Below, piece by piece: positions 1-8,294 of a stretch of DNA of 33,792 nt; position 1 is the stretch's first letter, and each line of letters begins with the position of its first letter. The stretch is from IMG/VR virus record IMGVR_UViG_3300045988_021627, positions 1-33,792 of that record. One strand, given 5' to 3'. The stretch is from a virus. The notes below the pieces were generated by a model. It had not been told where the DNA came from, made no database searches, and saw only the letters and a list, made by a program, of their open reading frames with translations. The translations under genes were made by a program, and so were the position numbers.

Positions 1-119
1 AACTTCGTTAAGAACCTAATTATTTCCGGGCTTAAGTATTTGCATGACCAGTTACCCGAGGTTAACAAAATTACTGTAATCGGTATATGTGGAAACCATT
101 CAAGAACTACAAAAAAAAT
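1..119. repeat. Terminal overlap copy 1. It is identical to 33674-33792, so the genome is circular or terminally redundant with a unit length of 33,673 bp.
   Basis: Read directly: 1-119 (aacttcgttaagaacc...caagaactacaaaaaaaat) matches 33674-33792 base for base. An ORF crosses the junction in frame. Confidence 0.95.
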
Positions 120-558
120 GCAGTTTAGCAACGGTTTCGAGATGAATTATGAATATTTTATGTACAAGGACGTAGAGCATACATTAACACTTATGGGGCT
201 GACAAAATTCAGTTTCATTATCCCCGAAAGTGAATTTGCATATATCGACGTGTACGGAAAGAAAGTGCTATTTGCGCACGGGCATCAATTCCGCACGGCT
301 GGCGGCATCGGAGGTATTTACCCGTCTATGATGAGATGGTACGCCAAAATGAACCAAACAATACAAATTGATAAAGCCTTTATCGGGCATTACCACCAAA
401 TGATATATACTAAAGAGGTTTGCGTGAACGGTTCTTTGAAAGGCTTCGATGCCTTTGCGATGGGACACGGGTTGGCATACGAAGAGCCACAGCAAACATA
501 CGTTATTCTGAACGAAAAGAGAGGATTTATTTTCTACTCACCTATCTTTGCCGATTAA
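1..558 (+). CDS. Calcineurin-like metallophosphoesterase, C-terminal part. It continues 33131..33792 across the circular junction; the full protein is about 366 aa.
   Basis: The frame matches 33131..33792 when 33674 is mapped to 1. Motifs present: GICGNHS (GNH), FAHGH and IGHYH (GHxH). Stop TAA at 556-558, followed by a terminator. Confidence 0.85.
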   Translation, partial: NFVKNLIISGLKYLHDQLPEVNKITVIGICGNHSRTTKKMQFSNGFEMNYEYFMYKDVEHTLTLMGLTKFSFIIPESEFAYIDVYGKKVLFAHGHQFRTAGGIGGIYPSMMRWYAKMNQTIQIDKAFIGHYHQMIYTKEVCVNGSLKGFDAFAMGHGLAYEEPQQTYVILNEKRGFIFYSPIFAD

Positions 559-563
559 GTTAA

Positions 564-606
564 AGGGCTACTAATTGTTAAATAGATGCAATTGGTAGCC
601 CTTTTT
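564..606 (+). terminator. Rho-independent terminator after the metallophosphoesterase gene
   Basis: A 14-bp stem, AGGGCTACTAATTG (564-577) with CAATTGGTAGCCCT (589-602), has one G-U pair and is followed by a T-run (602-606). Confidence 0.8.
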
Positions 607-637
607 CTTGTTTATTAAAAACATTGTTGTACCTTTG
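607..637 (+). promoter_or_regulatory. Bacteroidota-type promoter upstream of the DNA polymerase gene
   Basis: TTG at 608-610 and the -7 box TACCTTTG at 630-637 are separated by 19 nt. This fits the Bacteroides -33 TTTG / -7 TAnnTTTG consensus. Confidence 0.6.
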
Positions 638-673
638 CCGTTATAATAGTAATAACAATTAAAACAAGTGATT

Positions 674-2692
674 ATGCGAAATTTATTTATTGACTTCGAA
701 ACATTTAGCACTACAGACATCAAAAAAGCTGGTAATTATAAATACTGTGAGGACGAGAATTTTGAAATTCTCCTTTGCGGTTTCATGTGGGACACAGATA
801 CGGACGTTAGGATTATAGACCTAACGAAGCCCGGGGGGTTGGACGAGTTCAACACGTTGTTCACGTATGTACAGAGCGCCGAGGACGTTATGATAGTAGC
901 ACACAACGCTACGTTTGAACGTATCTGTTTGCGTGAGTACGGGTTTGACATCAGCCCTATGCGTTTTTTCTGTACTGCTAATATGTCCTTGTATTGCGGT
1001 ATGCCTGCATCGTTGGAAGCGGTATCTAATATCCTCAACCTGGACGATAAGAAGAAGGGCACGGGCAAAAACCTAATACGCTACTTTTCTATCCCCTGCA
1101 AACCTACCAAAACAAACGGAGGCCGCACACGTAATTTGCCGGAACACGCCCCCGAGGACTGGGAGGAGTTCATCGACTACCTACGTTATGACGTGCTATC
1201 TGAAAAGGAGATTTTCGGTAAGCTGTCAAGGTTTGAATTCCCGGAAGAAGAGCAGCGCATTTATGCAGCCGACCAGCGTATAAACGACTACGGTATATTG
1301 GCCGACCTCGAGCTGGCACACGCCGCCCAGGATATGGACGAAGAATATAAGGCGCGTCTAACCGAGAAAGCAGAGAAGGAATTCGGGCTAAGTTCTCTAA
1401 AGTCCATGCCACAGTTAAAAGGCTTCATTAAAGAGCGTACAGGCTTGGTTATCGATTCACTCAATAAGAATAACATCGAGGGGGTGATAAGGACCATAGT
1501 GAGCCTCAAAAACGTTACTGACGGGGATAAGCAAGCAGTGTTAGACGTTATCGACCTACGTAGGGAGATAGGTAAAACGTCGAACGCCAAATACACCGCC
1601 ATGCTTGCAAGCGCCGGGAGAGGCAACCGTATTAGAGGACTGTTCCGTTACTATGGTGCGAGCCGTACCGGGCGATGGGCTGGGTGCTTAGTTCAATTAC
1701 AGAACCTACCGCAAAACCACATCGAAGACCTGGACGGGGCGCGAGACCTGGCAAAGATGCACGATTTGGACATGATGGAAGTTATATATGACAAGCCTAC
1801 GCATATACTTTCGCAGCTAATACGCACCGCGTTTATCGCCCCCGAGGGGTACACGTTTTCTGTGGCAGACTTCTCGGCAATTGAAGCCCGAGTAATTGCA
1901 TGGGTTGCTAATGAGCAATGGCGTTTAGACTTATTTAATGACCCGAAAGCTGATATTTATTGCGCCTCGGCATCTAAAATGTTCGGTGTCCCAGTACACA
2001 AGGGGGACGACTTAAGGCAGCGAGGGAAGGTTGCAGAGCTTGCATTGGGTTATGGGGGCGGCGTTAATGCTCTTACTACAATGGATATTAAAAAAGCGTT
2101 AAAAGACGAAGAAAAACCTCAGATATTGTCAAAATGGAGAGAAGCTAATAAAAAAGTAGTATCTTTGTGGCGTTCGTTAGAAGATTGCGCAAAGCGATGT
2201 ATCGGAACGAGACGCGAACAAGTTTATAGGATAGACGACGTTTCAAGTATTATTTTCCGATATGAGAGCGGCGCGATGACTATTGAACTACCGAGCGGTA
2301 GAAAGCTATTCTACCCGTCGGCAAGAATGGGGAAACGTACCATAGAAGGCGTTAACGGCTCTTTTGAGGTTGAGGACATCTCCTATATGGGTCAAGACCA
2401 AACTTCCGGGAAGTGGGTTAAGCTAAACACCTACGGCGGCAAGCTAACCGAGAACGTTGTGCAGGCGATAGCCCGTGACTTGCTGGCGAATGCAATTTTC
2501 AAGGTATTTGATTTAGGCTTTAATATCGTGTTGCATGTTCACGATGAGATAGTCGCCGAGATACCGAAGGACGGAAACGAAGAAAAGACGCTGCAAATAA
2601 TGAGCGATGCCATGTGCAACGCCCCGAGTTGGGCAAAAGGCATTCCGTTAAGAGCAGCAGGATATATTACTGATTATTACAAAAAAGATTAA
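674..2692 (+). CDS. Family A DNA polymerase with an N-terminal 3'-5' exonuclease domain
   Basis: 672 aa counted from ATG 674 (the track ORF opens at GTG 668). Exonuclease motifs: FIDFETFS, HNATFE, YLRYDV. Polymerase motifs: DFSAIEARV (A), RQRGKVAELALGYGGG (B), HVHDEIV (C). Confidence 0.93.
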   Translation: MRNLFIDFETFSTTDIKKAGNYKYCEDENFEILLCGFMWDTDTDVRIIDLTKPGGLDEFNTLFTYVQSAEDVMIVAHNATFERICLREYGFDISPMRFFCTANMSLYCGMPASLEAVSNILNLDDKKKGTGKNLIRYFSIPCKPTKTNGGRTRNLPEHAPEDWEEFIDYLRYDVLSEKEIFGKLSRFEFPEEEQRIYAADQRINDYGILADLELAHAAQDMDEEYKARLTEKAEKEFGLSSLKSMPQLKGFIKERTGLVIDSLNKNNIEGVIRTIVSLKNVTDGDKQAVLDVIDLRREIGKTSNAKYTAMLASAGRGNRIRGLFRYYGASRTGRWAGCLVQLQNLPQNHIEDLDGARDLAKMHDLDMMEVIYDKPTHILSQLIRTAFIAPEGYTFSVADFSAIEARVIAWVANEQWRLDLFNDPKADIYCASASKMFGVPVHKGDDLRQRGKVAELALGYGGGVNALTTMDIKKALKDEEKPQILSKWREANKKVVSLWRSLEDCAKRCIGTRREQVYRIDDVSSIIFRYESGAMTIELPSGRKLFYPSARMGKRTIEGVNGSFEVEDISYMGQDQTSGKWVKLNTYGGKLTENVVQAIARDLLANAIFKVFDLGFNIVLHVHDEIVAEIPKDGNEEKTLQIMSDAMCNAPSWAKGIPLRAAGYITDYYKKD

Positions 2693-2695
2693 ATT

Positions 2696-5134
2696 ATGGA
2701 TTTACGAAAAATGGTTTTTAAAATTGCTACAGCGAGTAGCGCGAAGTCTACTTCATGGAAAAACCGTTCTTTCTCATGGGACGAGTTAACCGAGAAGCTG
2801 ACAAAGGCAACCGTTACGGATGAGACGTACCGGGAGTTTATAAGCGCGAGCAAAGCCGAGCAGGGTAATATTAAAGACGTAGGCGCATTCATGGGCGGCG
2901 AATTGTTCGGTAGCCGTAGAAACAAAAACAATGTAGGCGAGCGTTCCATTTTGGCGCTTGATATTGACTACGGAGAAAAGAACTTCCCCGAAATGTTCTA
3001 CTCTGTTATTAATTGCGCATGTATCATTCACGGAACGCACAGGCACAACCCGAAAGCGAATACACTTCGTTACCGTGTTATCATTCCGTTGTCCGAACCA
3101 GTGGATGGGGAGCAATACGAGGCTATCGCCCGTAAGGTCGCCGAGTTGACGGGTATCGACTTGTACGACAGAACGACGTTTCAACCCGAACGCTGTATGT
3201 TTTTCCCGTCGGTTTCCAAAGACGTAGAGTATGAGTTTATAGATTACTCGGCATTCAACGAAAACCCTTTGGACGTGCAAAAGTATTTGGATATGTACGA
3301 CGATTGGAGCAATACGACCGAGTGGGCGTACCACAAGGACGAGAAAGGCGAAGCCCGGACGCTTGCTAAAGAACAGCAAGACCCCACACTAAAAGAGGGT
3401 AATGTGGGTGACTTCTGTAGAGCCTACACGATTAGCGAGGTTATCGCGGAATACCTATCGGACGTTTACGAACCTACCGAGCAGGAGGACAGATGGACGT
3501 ATACGGGTGGTTCTACTTCAGGCGGTATGCTTACCTTCAATGATATGTTCGCTTATTCGTTCCATAACAACGACCCGATACAGGGCAACCACGTGTTCAA
3601 CGCCTACGACCTTGTACGTGTACACAAGTTCGGTAAGCTGGATAAAGGCGCGGATAGGAAGAACTCGACCGAAGCCATGAACGAGTTGGTAAACAAGGAT
3701 GCAAAGGTAGCCGCGGCACGTGCCCGGATGCTGGCAGTTAAGGCTGGTGAAATCATGGACGATTTCGACGACGTTATAGAAGTAGAAGAAGCAACAGACA
3801 GCGACGTAGCGACAACGTATGAGGACGCGATGGCGAAGCTCGAAACGGACAAGCGCGGCGCTTACCTCCCATCTGCAAAGAATTTAGGGTTGATAATGAA
3901 GTATGACCCGAATTTAAAGGGGCTTATAGCGCGAGACCTATTTAAAGAGCGCCGGGTTGTTACCCGTGTACCTCCATGGCGCGCGAAAGATACCTCTTTG
4001 GACTTCCAGGACGTGGACTATTCGGGCGTACGTAAACACATTGAGGATATTTATGGCATATCGAATAGTGCAAAGATTGACGATGCTATAGCGCTGTCCG
4101 CGGAAATGAACTCATTCCACCCCGTGCAGGAATACCTAACCAAATTAAAGTGGGACGGTATCGAAAGAGTTGATAAAGCGCTTACCCATATCATGGGAGC
4201 GGAAGATAACATATACACCCGTGAGGCATTCCGTATCATGATGGTAGGGGCTGTTAAACGTATATTTCAAAAGGGGTGCAAATTCGACAGCATGTTAGTT
4301 CTACAGTCCGAGCAGGGCGCAGGAAAGAGCACATTCATCCAAAAGCTGGGTAAGCAATGGTTCTCCGATAGCCTTTCAAGTATGGACGGTAAGGGCGCTT
4401 TTGAACAATTGCAGGGTAACTGGATATTGGAGGTAGCCGAGTTGTCAGCAATGAGACGTTCAGAAGTTGAAGGCGTGAAAAACTTTATTTCCAAAACGGA
4501 GGACAGCTTCAGACCGGCATACGGACGCGTTACCAAGAACTTCCCCCGGCAATGCGTCTTTATAGGTACGACCAACCGGGACGAATTTCTAAAGGACGAT
4601 ACGGGCGGCAGACGCTTTTTGCCCGTGAAGGTTAAGGCGAACGCGAATACGCATCTTATCTTTGAAAAGGGGTTCGACGATTATGTAGACCAGCTATGGG
4701 CTGAAGCCGTACAAATGTATTTCCGCAAGGTAAGTACGTTACTATCTCGCGAAGCCGAGGCGATTGCCGAGGAAGGACGCGAAGAGCATTTCGAGGCAGA
4801 CCCCCGTACCGCATCGGTGGAGGCGTATTTGGATATGCTTGTACCTACCGATTGGAGGCGCATGTATGTGAATGAAAGGCGCATGTACTTTAGAGAGTAC
4901 GACGAATCGAAGGTAGACCCGGAAGACTTTACACTGGGAAAGATGGACTTCGTGTCCATTATGCAAATCGCTACAGACGTGTTCGAGATGGAAGTAGGGC
5001 GCGTAACCGCTAAAGAGAGCAGAGAGATAGCCGCCATCATGTCTAAGGTACAAGGGTGGCGGCGATCGGCGAACGGGAAAACCGTTATGGGTATCGGACG
5101 CGTACGAGGGTTTGAGCGTATTGTTAACGAGTGA
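2696..5134 (+). CDS. Primase/helicase fusion: an AEP (prim-pol-like) N-terminal domain plus a VirE/D5-type P-loop NTPase
   Basis: 812 aa. The N-terminal half has the acidic motif LALDIDYG. The C-terminal half has Walker A SEQGAGKST and Walker B WILEVAELS. The start lies 4 nt after the polymerase stop. Confidence 0.8.
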   Translation: MDLRKMVFKIATASSAKSTSWKNRSFSWDELTEKLTKATVTDETYREFISASKAEQGNIKDVGAFMGGELFGSRRNKNNVGERSILALDIDYGEKNFPEMFYSVINCACIIHGTHRHNPKANTLRYRVIIPLSEPVDGEQYEAIARKVAELTGIDLYDRTTFQPERCMFFPSVSKDVEYEFIDYSAFNENPLDVQKYLDMYDDWSNTTEWAYHKDEKGEARTLAKEQQDPTLKEGNVGDFCRAYTISEVIAEYLSDVYEPTEQEDRWTYTGGSTSGGMLTFNDMFAYSFHNNDPIQGNHVFNAYDLVRVHKFGKLDKGADRKNSTEAMNELVNKDAKVAAARARMLAVKAGEIMDDFDDVIEVEEATDSDVATTYEDAMAKLETDKRGAYLPSAKNLGLIMKYDPNLKGLIARDLFKERRVVTRVPPWRAKDTSLDFQDVDYSGVRKHIEDIYGISNSAKIDDAIALSAEMNSFHPVQEYLTKLKWDGIERVDKALTHIMGAEDNIYTREAFRIMMVGAVKRIFQKGCKFDSMLVLQSEQGAGKSTFIQKLGKQWFSDSLSSMDGKGAFEQLQGNWILEVAELSAMRRSEVEGVKNFISKTEDSFRPAYGRVTKNFPRQCVFIGTTNRDEFLKDDTGGRRFLPVKVKANANTHLIFEKGFDDYVDQLWAEAVQMYFRKVSTLLSREAEAIAEEGREEHFEADPRTASVEAYLDMLVPTDWRRMYVNERRMYFREYDESKVDPEDFTLGKMDFVSIMQIATDVFEMEVGRVTAKESREIAAIMSKVQGWRRSANGKTVMGIGRVRGFERIVNE

Positions 5135-5214
5135 TAACAGAGGGGGTGTAAAAATCCCCAAATGTTAACTAACTGTTAACAGAATAACTAAATGCGATTT
5201 ATTTCTTAAATGGT

Positions 5215-5256
5215 GTTAACGGAATATACAACCTATCATTATTTGCCGTATATTTG
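5215..5256 (+). promoter_or_regulatory. Early-class phage promoter E1
   Basis: GTTAAC 5215-5220, AACCTA 5230-5235 and TATATTTG 5249-5256. Six other sites share the same 15-nt and 19-nt phasing. Confidence 0.7.
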
Positions 5257-5298
5257 TAATGTCAAAAGGAAATAATAACAATTTAAAAACAAAAGATT

Positions 5299-5466
5299 AT
5301 GAATGACAGAGCAGAAGTAGTTAGGTTAAAAACATTCGGTAGGATAGCTTTTCAAGTGAACATAATAAATACCGAAACGGGATTGTACCGAAATAGTCTA
5401 TCCCGAAGATTTGAAACAAAGGCAGAAGCTTTAGAATTTATATCAGCTTACAGTTTAACAATTTAA
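5299..5466 (+). CDS. Small hypothetical protein (55 aa), absent from the ORF track
   Basis: My translation: MNDRAEVVRLKTFGRIAFQVNIINTETGLYRNSLSRRFETKAEALEFISAYSLTI. The conserved leader TTTAAAAACAAAAGATTATG and promoter E1 lie directly upstream. Confidence 0.6.
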   Translation: MNDRAEVVRLKTFGRIAFQVNIINTETGLYRNSLSRRFETKAEALEFISAYSLTI

Positions 5467-5478
5467 AAACAAAAGATT

Positions 5479-5889
5479 ATGAAAAAGTTAGTAGTATTAG
5501 CAGTGTTAATTCTTACAAGTGTATCAATGTTTAGTCAAATCACGTCGCAGGGTAAGCCCGAGGTATTGAAATCGTTCCGTATGGGCGTTTGCAAATTGAT
5601 TGATACCAATGGGGAAATAACCATTGAGGCATTGACGGGCAAGACCGGAACGTATAATATGATAGTCCATTTAGGTACGCCCGAGGAAGCGAAGGTAACG
5701 CTTGCAAGCCTTGCAGAATACAAGCCCGGTAAGGGCGAGACGGTCAACCTCAACAACCCGAGCAACAGCAAAGCGTATTTCTCAAAGCTTTACGGTACAT
5801 GGGTAATCACACAGGGGGTAACGGAGTATTTCGAAATTTCAGTTAGTCGCAGAGAGCTTAGGAAAATGGTTGAGGCGTTGAACAATTAA
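5479..5889 (+). CDS. Secreted or periplasmic protein of unknown function
   Basis: 136 aa. N-terminal signal peptide MKKLVVLAVLILTSVSMFSQ. The conserved 20-nt leader lies upstream. Confidence 0.7.
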   Translation: MKKLVVLAVLILTSVSMFSQITSQGKPEVLKSFRMGVCKLIDTNGEITIEALTGKTGTYNMIVHLGTPEEAKVTLASLAEYKPGKGETVNLNNPSNSKAYFSKLYGTWVITQGVTEYFEISVSRRELRKMVEALNN

Positions 5890-5930
5890 AGAAGTGTTTT
5901 TGTTATTACAGTATATAAAAAGAAAAGATT

Positions 5931-6134
5931 ATGAAAAGTGGAAATTTTATTGAACTGACGTTCGTAGTTAAAGGTGAATCGCAAGTGGAGTATATCAACG
6001 TTGAACACGTATCGCGTATTATGTACGTGGGTGGCAAACCGTTTATCGGTATGCTGGGGCAGACCTACACGCGCCAACTCACAGAAACGAGCATGAAGGA
6101 GCTAACAGAGTGTATTAACTTGGAAAACAATTAA
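5931..6134 (+). CDS. Hypothetical protein (67 aa)
   Basis: ORF preceded by the leader variant TATAAAAAGAAAAGATTATG, in the same orientation as the operon. Confidence 0.6.
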   Translation: MKSGNFIELTFVVKGESQVEYINVEHVSRIMYVGGKPFIGMLGQTYTRQLTETSMKELTECINLENN

Positions 6135-6135
6135 A

Positions 6136-6297
6136 ATGGTTACTATCTTAAAAGTTATCGCCGTAAACGAAAGGGAACGTACCTCGTATTATCCTACCCC
6201 GGGCGATGGGGTGTTTCCAACCGTGGAGATGGCACGGGAGTTTTATAAAAATGAGTTCAAAACAAATAAAATAATATTGTGTTATGTCAGCAAATGA
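6136..6297 (+). CDS. Small hypothetical protein (53 aa), absent from the ORF track
   Basis: My translation starts MVTILKVIAVNERERTSYYPTPGDG. The ATG is 2 nt after the previous stop, and the end overlaps the next start by 14 nt, so it fills an otherwise empty 150-nt gap. Confidence 0.45.
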   Translation: MVTILKVIAVNERERTSYYPTPGDGVFPTVEMAREFYKNEFKTNKIILCYVSK

Positions 6298-7042
6298 AAA
6301 AGTACAGAGTTACAACGTAGGCAAGTCCGATTACGCAAAGCATGCCATCCAGCCGTGGGACATTTGGAAAGAGTATAACCTTAACCCCTGGGACGCGGAT
6401 ATAGTGAAACGCGTGCTACGCACCAAGGAGGGCGAACCCCGAACAGTGGATTATGAAAAGATTATCCACATATGCAAGTATCGCATTGCGGAGCTATCTA
6501 AGGAAGTCTTAAAGGAAACCAAGGTAGTTGCACCAGTTGAGGAAGAAAAGCCCGTAGAGGACGAGGAAAGCGACGATACAACGGTATTTTGCCTGAGCGA
6601 GACAATGAAGCCTGCAACGTTCTATATTGAGGGGGTGAAATGGGACGGTAAGTACATAGGCTACTCGGTGTTCATGTCTGGTAACAGTCCCTATATGTAT
6701 TTAGGTGTCAACGCAGCGGGCAGCCACTTATACGCAGACCTTTCGGTGTTCGAACAATGGCTTTACACCTCGGAAGCGCACCTGCCGCAAAAAACGTTCG
6801 AGCTAAATTGCACCAGCCTTTTCGGCAATCACAGAAGCTCGTTAAAGATAGGGCACGTAGGTACGAACTACGAGAAGCACGACTATATAATAGCAGGGAA
6901 GGGCGTACTACTCCGTTACTTTGGAACGAGGGGAAGCAAGTTTGTCTACCGTAATATGTCGGCAAAACGTGCAGATGGTACACACCCCGAGTTCTTAAGC
7001 AATGTTAAGATAGAAAACAAAGCAATTCAATTCACGTTATGA
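6284..7042 (+). CDS. Protein with a DUF3310-like N-terminal domain and a C-terminal domain of unknown function
   Basis: 252 aa. The N-terminus, YNVGKSDYAKHAIQPWDIWKEYNLNPWDADIVKRVLR, resembles the phage DUF3310 (SaV-like) family. An acidic linker is followed by about 150 aa that I do not recognise. Confidence 0.6.
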   Translation: MSANEKVQSYNVGKSDYAKHAIQPWDIWKEYNLNPWDADIVKRVLRTKEGEPRTVDYEKIIHICKYRIAELSKEVLKETKVVAPVEEEKPVEDEESDDTTVFCLSETMKPATFYIEGVKWDGKYIGYSVFMSGNSPYMYLGVNAAGSHLYADLSVFEQWLYTSEAHLPQKTFELNCTSLFGNHRSSLKIGHVGTNYEKHDYIIAGKGVLLRYFGTRGSKFVYRNMSAKRADGTHPEFLSNVKIENKAIQFTL

Positions 7043-7224
7043 TAAGCGGACAAGAATACGCGTACGGTATCGGAGACGAGATAGTACATAACGGAGAGGT
7101 TTTAAAGTATAGGGGCTATTATAACGGACACCTCTACACAACTACAGTAGACCACGAAGCCGGGGAATTCTCCGAAACAGTGGTATTTGAAAACAAATTG
7201 AGAAATGAAGGATATAATAAGTGA
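7039..7224 (+). CDS. Hypothetical protein (61 aa)
   Basis: ATGA start/stop overlap with the upstream gene suggests translational coupling. Confidence 0.55.
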   Translation: MISGQEYAYGIGDEIVHNGEVLKYRGYYNGHLYTTTVDHEAGEFSETVVFENKLRNEGYNK

Positions 7225-7543
7225 AAAAGATTTAGAGCGTACATTCTCCGAGAAGCTTAACCGAACAAAAAAAGTGTGGGTAATAAAACTATTATCCACC
7301 TTTATAAAAGGTTTGCCGGATAGAATGATACTTTGCCAGGGTGGATATGTAGGCTTCGCCGAGATAAAGACCACGGGTAAGAAACCAACCAAGATGCAAT
7401 TACTGATACACAGCAAGTTAGAGGCTTTGGGCTTCAAAGTATTTGTTATCGACGATTTGGAAAGCAGGGACGCTGCAATAAGTTTTTTCTTAAACAATGT
7501 TAAGGGAATAAACAACGTACCGGGAAAAGGGTTATCTTTGTAG
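7205..7543 (+). CDS. VRR-NUC domain nuclease
   Basis: 112 aa. PD-(D/E)xK signature GLPDRMIL...GFAEIKTTGKKPTKMQ, typical of VRR-NUC. An SNF2 helicase is encoded nearby, as in many phages. Confidence 0.8.
   Translation: MKDIISEKDLERTFSEKLNRTKKVWVIKLLSTFIKGLPDRMILCQGGYVGFAEIKTTGKKPTKMQLLIHSKLEALGFKVFVIDDLESRDAAISFFLNNVKGINNVPGKGLSL
7499..7540 (+). promoter_or_regulatory. Early-class promoter E2, embedded in the 3' end of the VRR-NUC gene
   Basis: GTTAAG 7499-7504, AACGTA 7514-7519 and TATCTTTG 7533-7540, with the same phasing as E1. The ATG of the methyltransferase lies 28 nt after the box. Confidence 0.6.
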
Positions 7544-7567
7544 TATCAAATTTAAAAATAAACAAGT

Positions 7568-8284
7568 ATGAAGTATTTAGGAGGTAAGACAAGAATAGCA
7601 AAGGAAATCTTGCCTATAATTTTGGCAGATAGAAAGGAAGGGCAGTATTTCGTCGAGCCGTTTTGCGGTGGGTGCAATGTGACTGCCAAGGTATCGGGAA
7701 ACAGGATAGCAAACGATTGCAACGAGTATTTGATAGCTATGTTTGTAGGTTTGCTATCCGGGGAAAAATACCCCGAGCAAATAGACCCCGAACTGTATAA
7801 TGACGTTAGAGAGTGCTTTCGTTCGGGGTCTGACAAATACGACCTTGGTTTTATGGGCTGGGTGGGGTTTATGGCTTCTTACAGGGGCAAATTCTTTGGT
7901 GGCTACTCCGGCGCATACTGGAGAAGTGACGGCAGGCACATAGACAGCATATCCGAGGCTGTGAGTGGCATAGCAAAGCAGATACCCAAATTGCAGGGCG
8001 TGGAGTTTCGCTCCGGGGACTACAAGAACCTACGAATTCCCGATGAGTCCATAATATACTGCGACCCCCCATATATGGGTACTACAGGATACTCGGACGA
8101 TATAAAACACGATGAGTTTTGGCAGTGGTGTCGGGAGCGTGTTTACGACGGTCATAAAGTTTATGTATCCGAATATCAAGCCCCGGACGACTTTATTACA
8201 ATTTGGGGGAAGCCAATACAGAATTGCATTAGCCTCGATAAAAAAGCTACCGAGAGATTATTTATTTATAAAGGACAATTTTAA
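7568..8284 (+). CDS. N6-adenine DNA methyltransferase, D12 (Dam) class, with no partner restriction enzyme
   Basis: 238 aa. KYLGGK N-terminus, AdoMet motif FVEPFCGG and catalytic motif DPPY. Confidence 0.88.
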   Translation: MKYLGGKTRIAKEILPIILADRKEGQYFVEPFCGGCNVTAKVSGNRIANDCNEYLIAMFVGLLSGEKYPEQIDPELYNDVRECFRSGSDKYDLGFMGWVGFMASYRGKFFGGYSGAYWRSDGRHIDSISEAVSGIAKQIPKLQGVEFRSGDYKNLRIPDESIIYCDPPYMGTTGYSDDIKHDEFWQWCRERVYDGHKVYVSEYQAPDDFITIWGKPIQNCISLDKKATERLFIYKGQF

Positions 8285-8294
8285 AACAGAAATC

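Noticed and set aside
5135-5160. The hairpin GGGGG-TGTAAAAAT-CCCC after the primase/helicase gene, considered as a terminator
   Set aside because: The stem is only 4-5 bp and A residues follow it rather than a T-run. I do not call it as a terminator, although its TGTAA loop resembles the hairpins flanking the tRNA.
8112-8294. The N-terminal extension of track ORF 8112..8537
   Set aside because: It would overlap the methyltransferase gene by about 170 nt. ATG 8295 follows the methyltransferase stop by 10 nt and has an A-rich leader.
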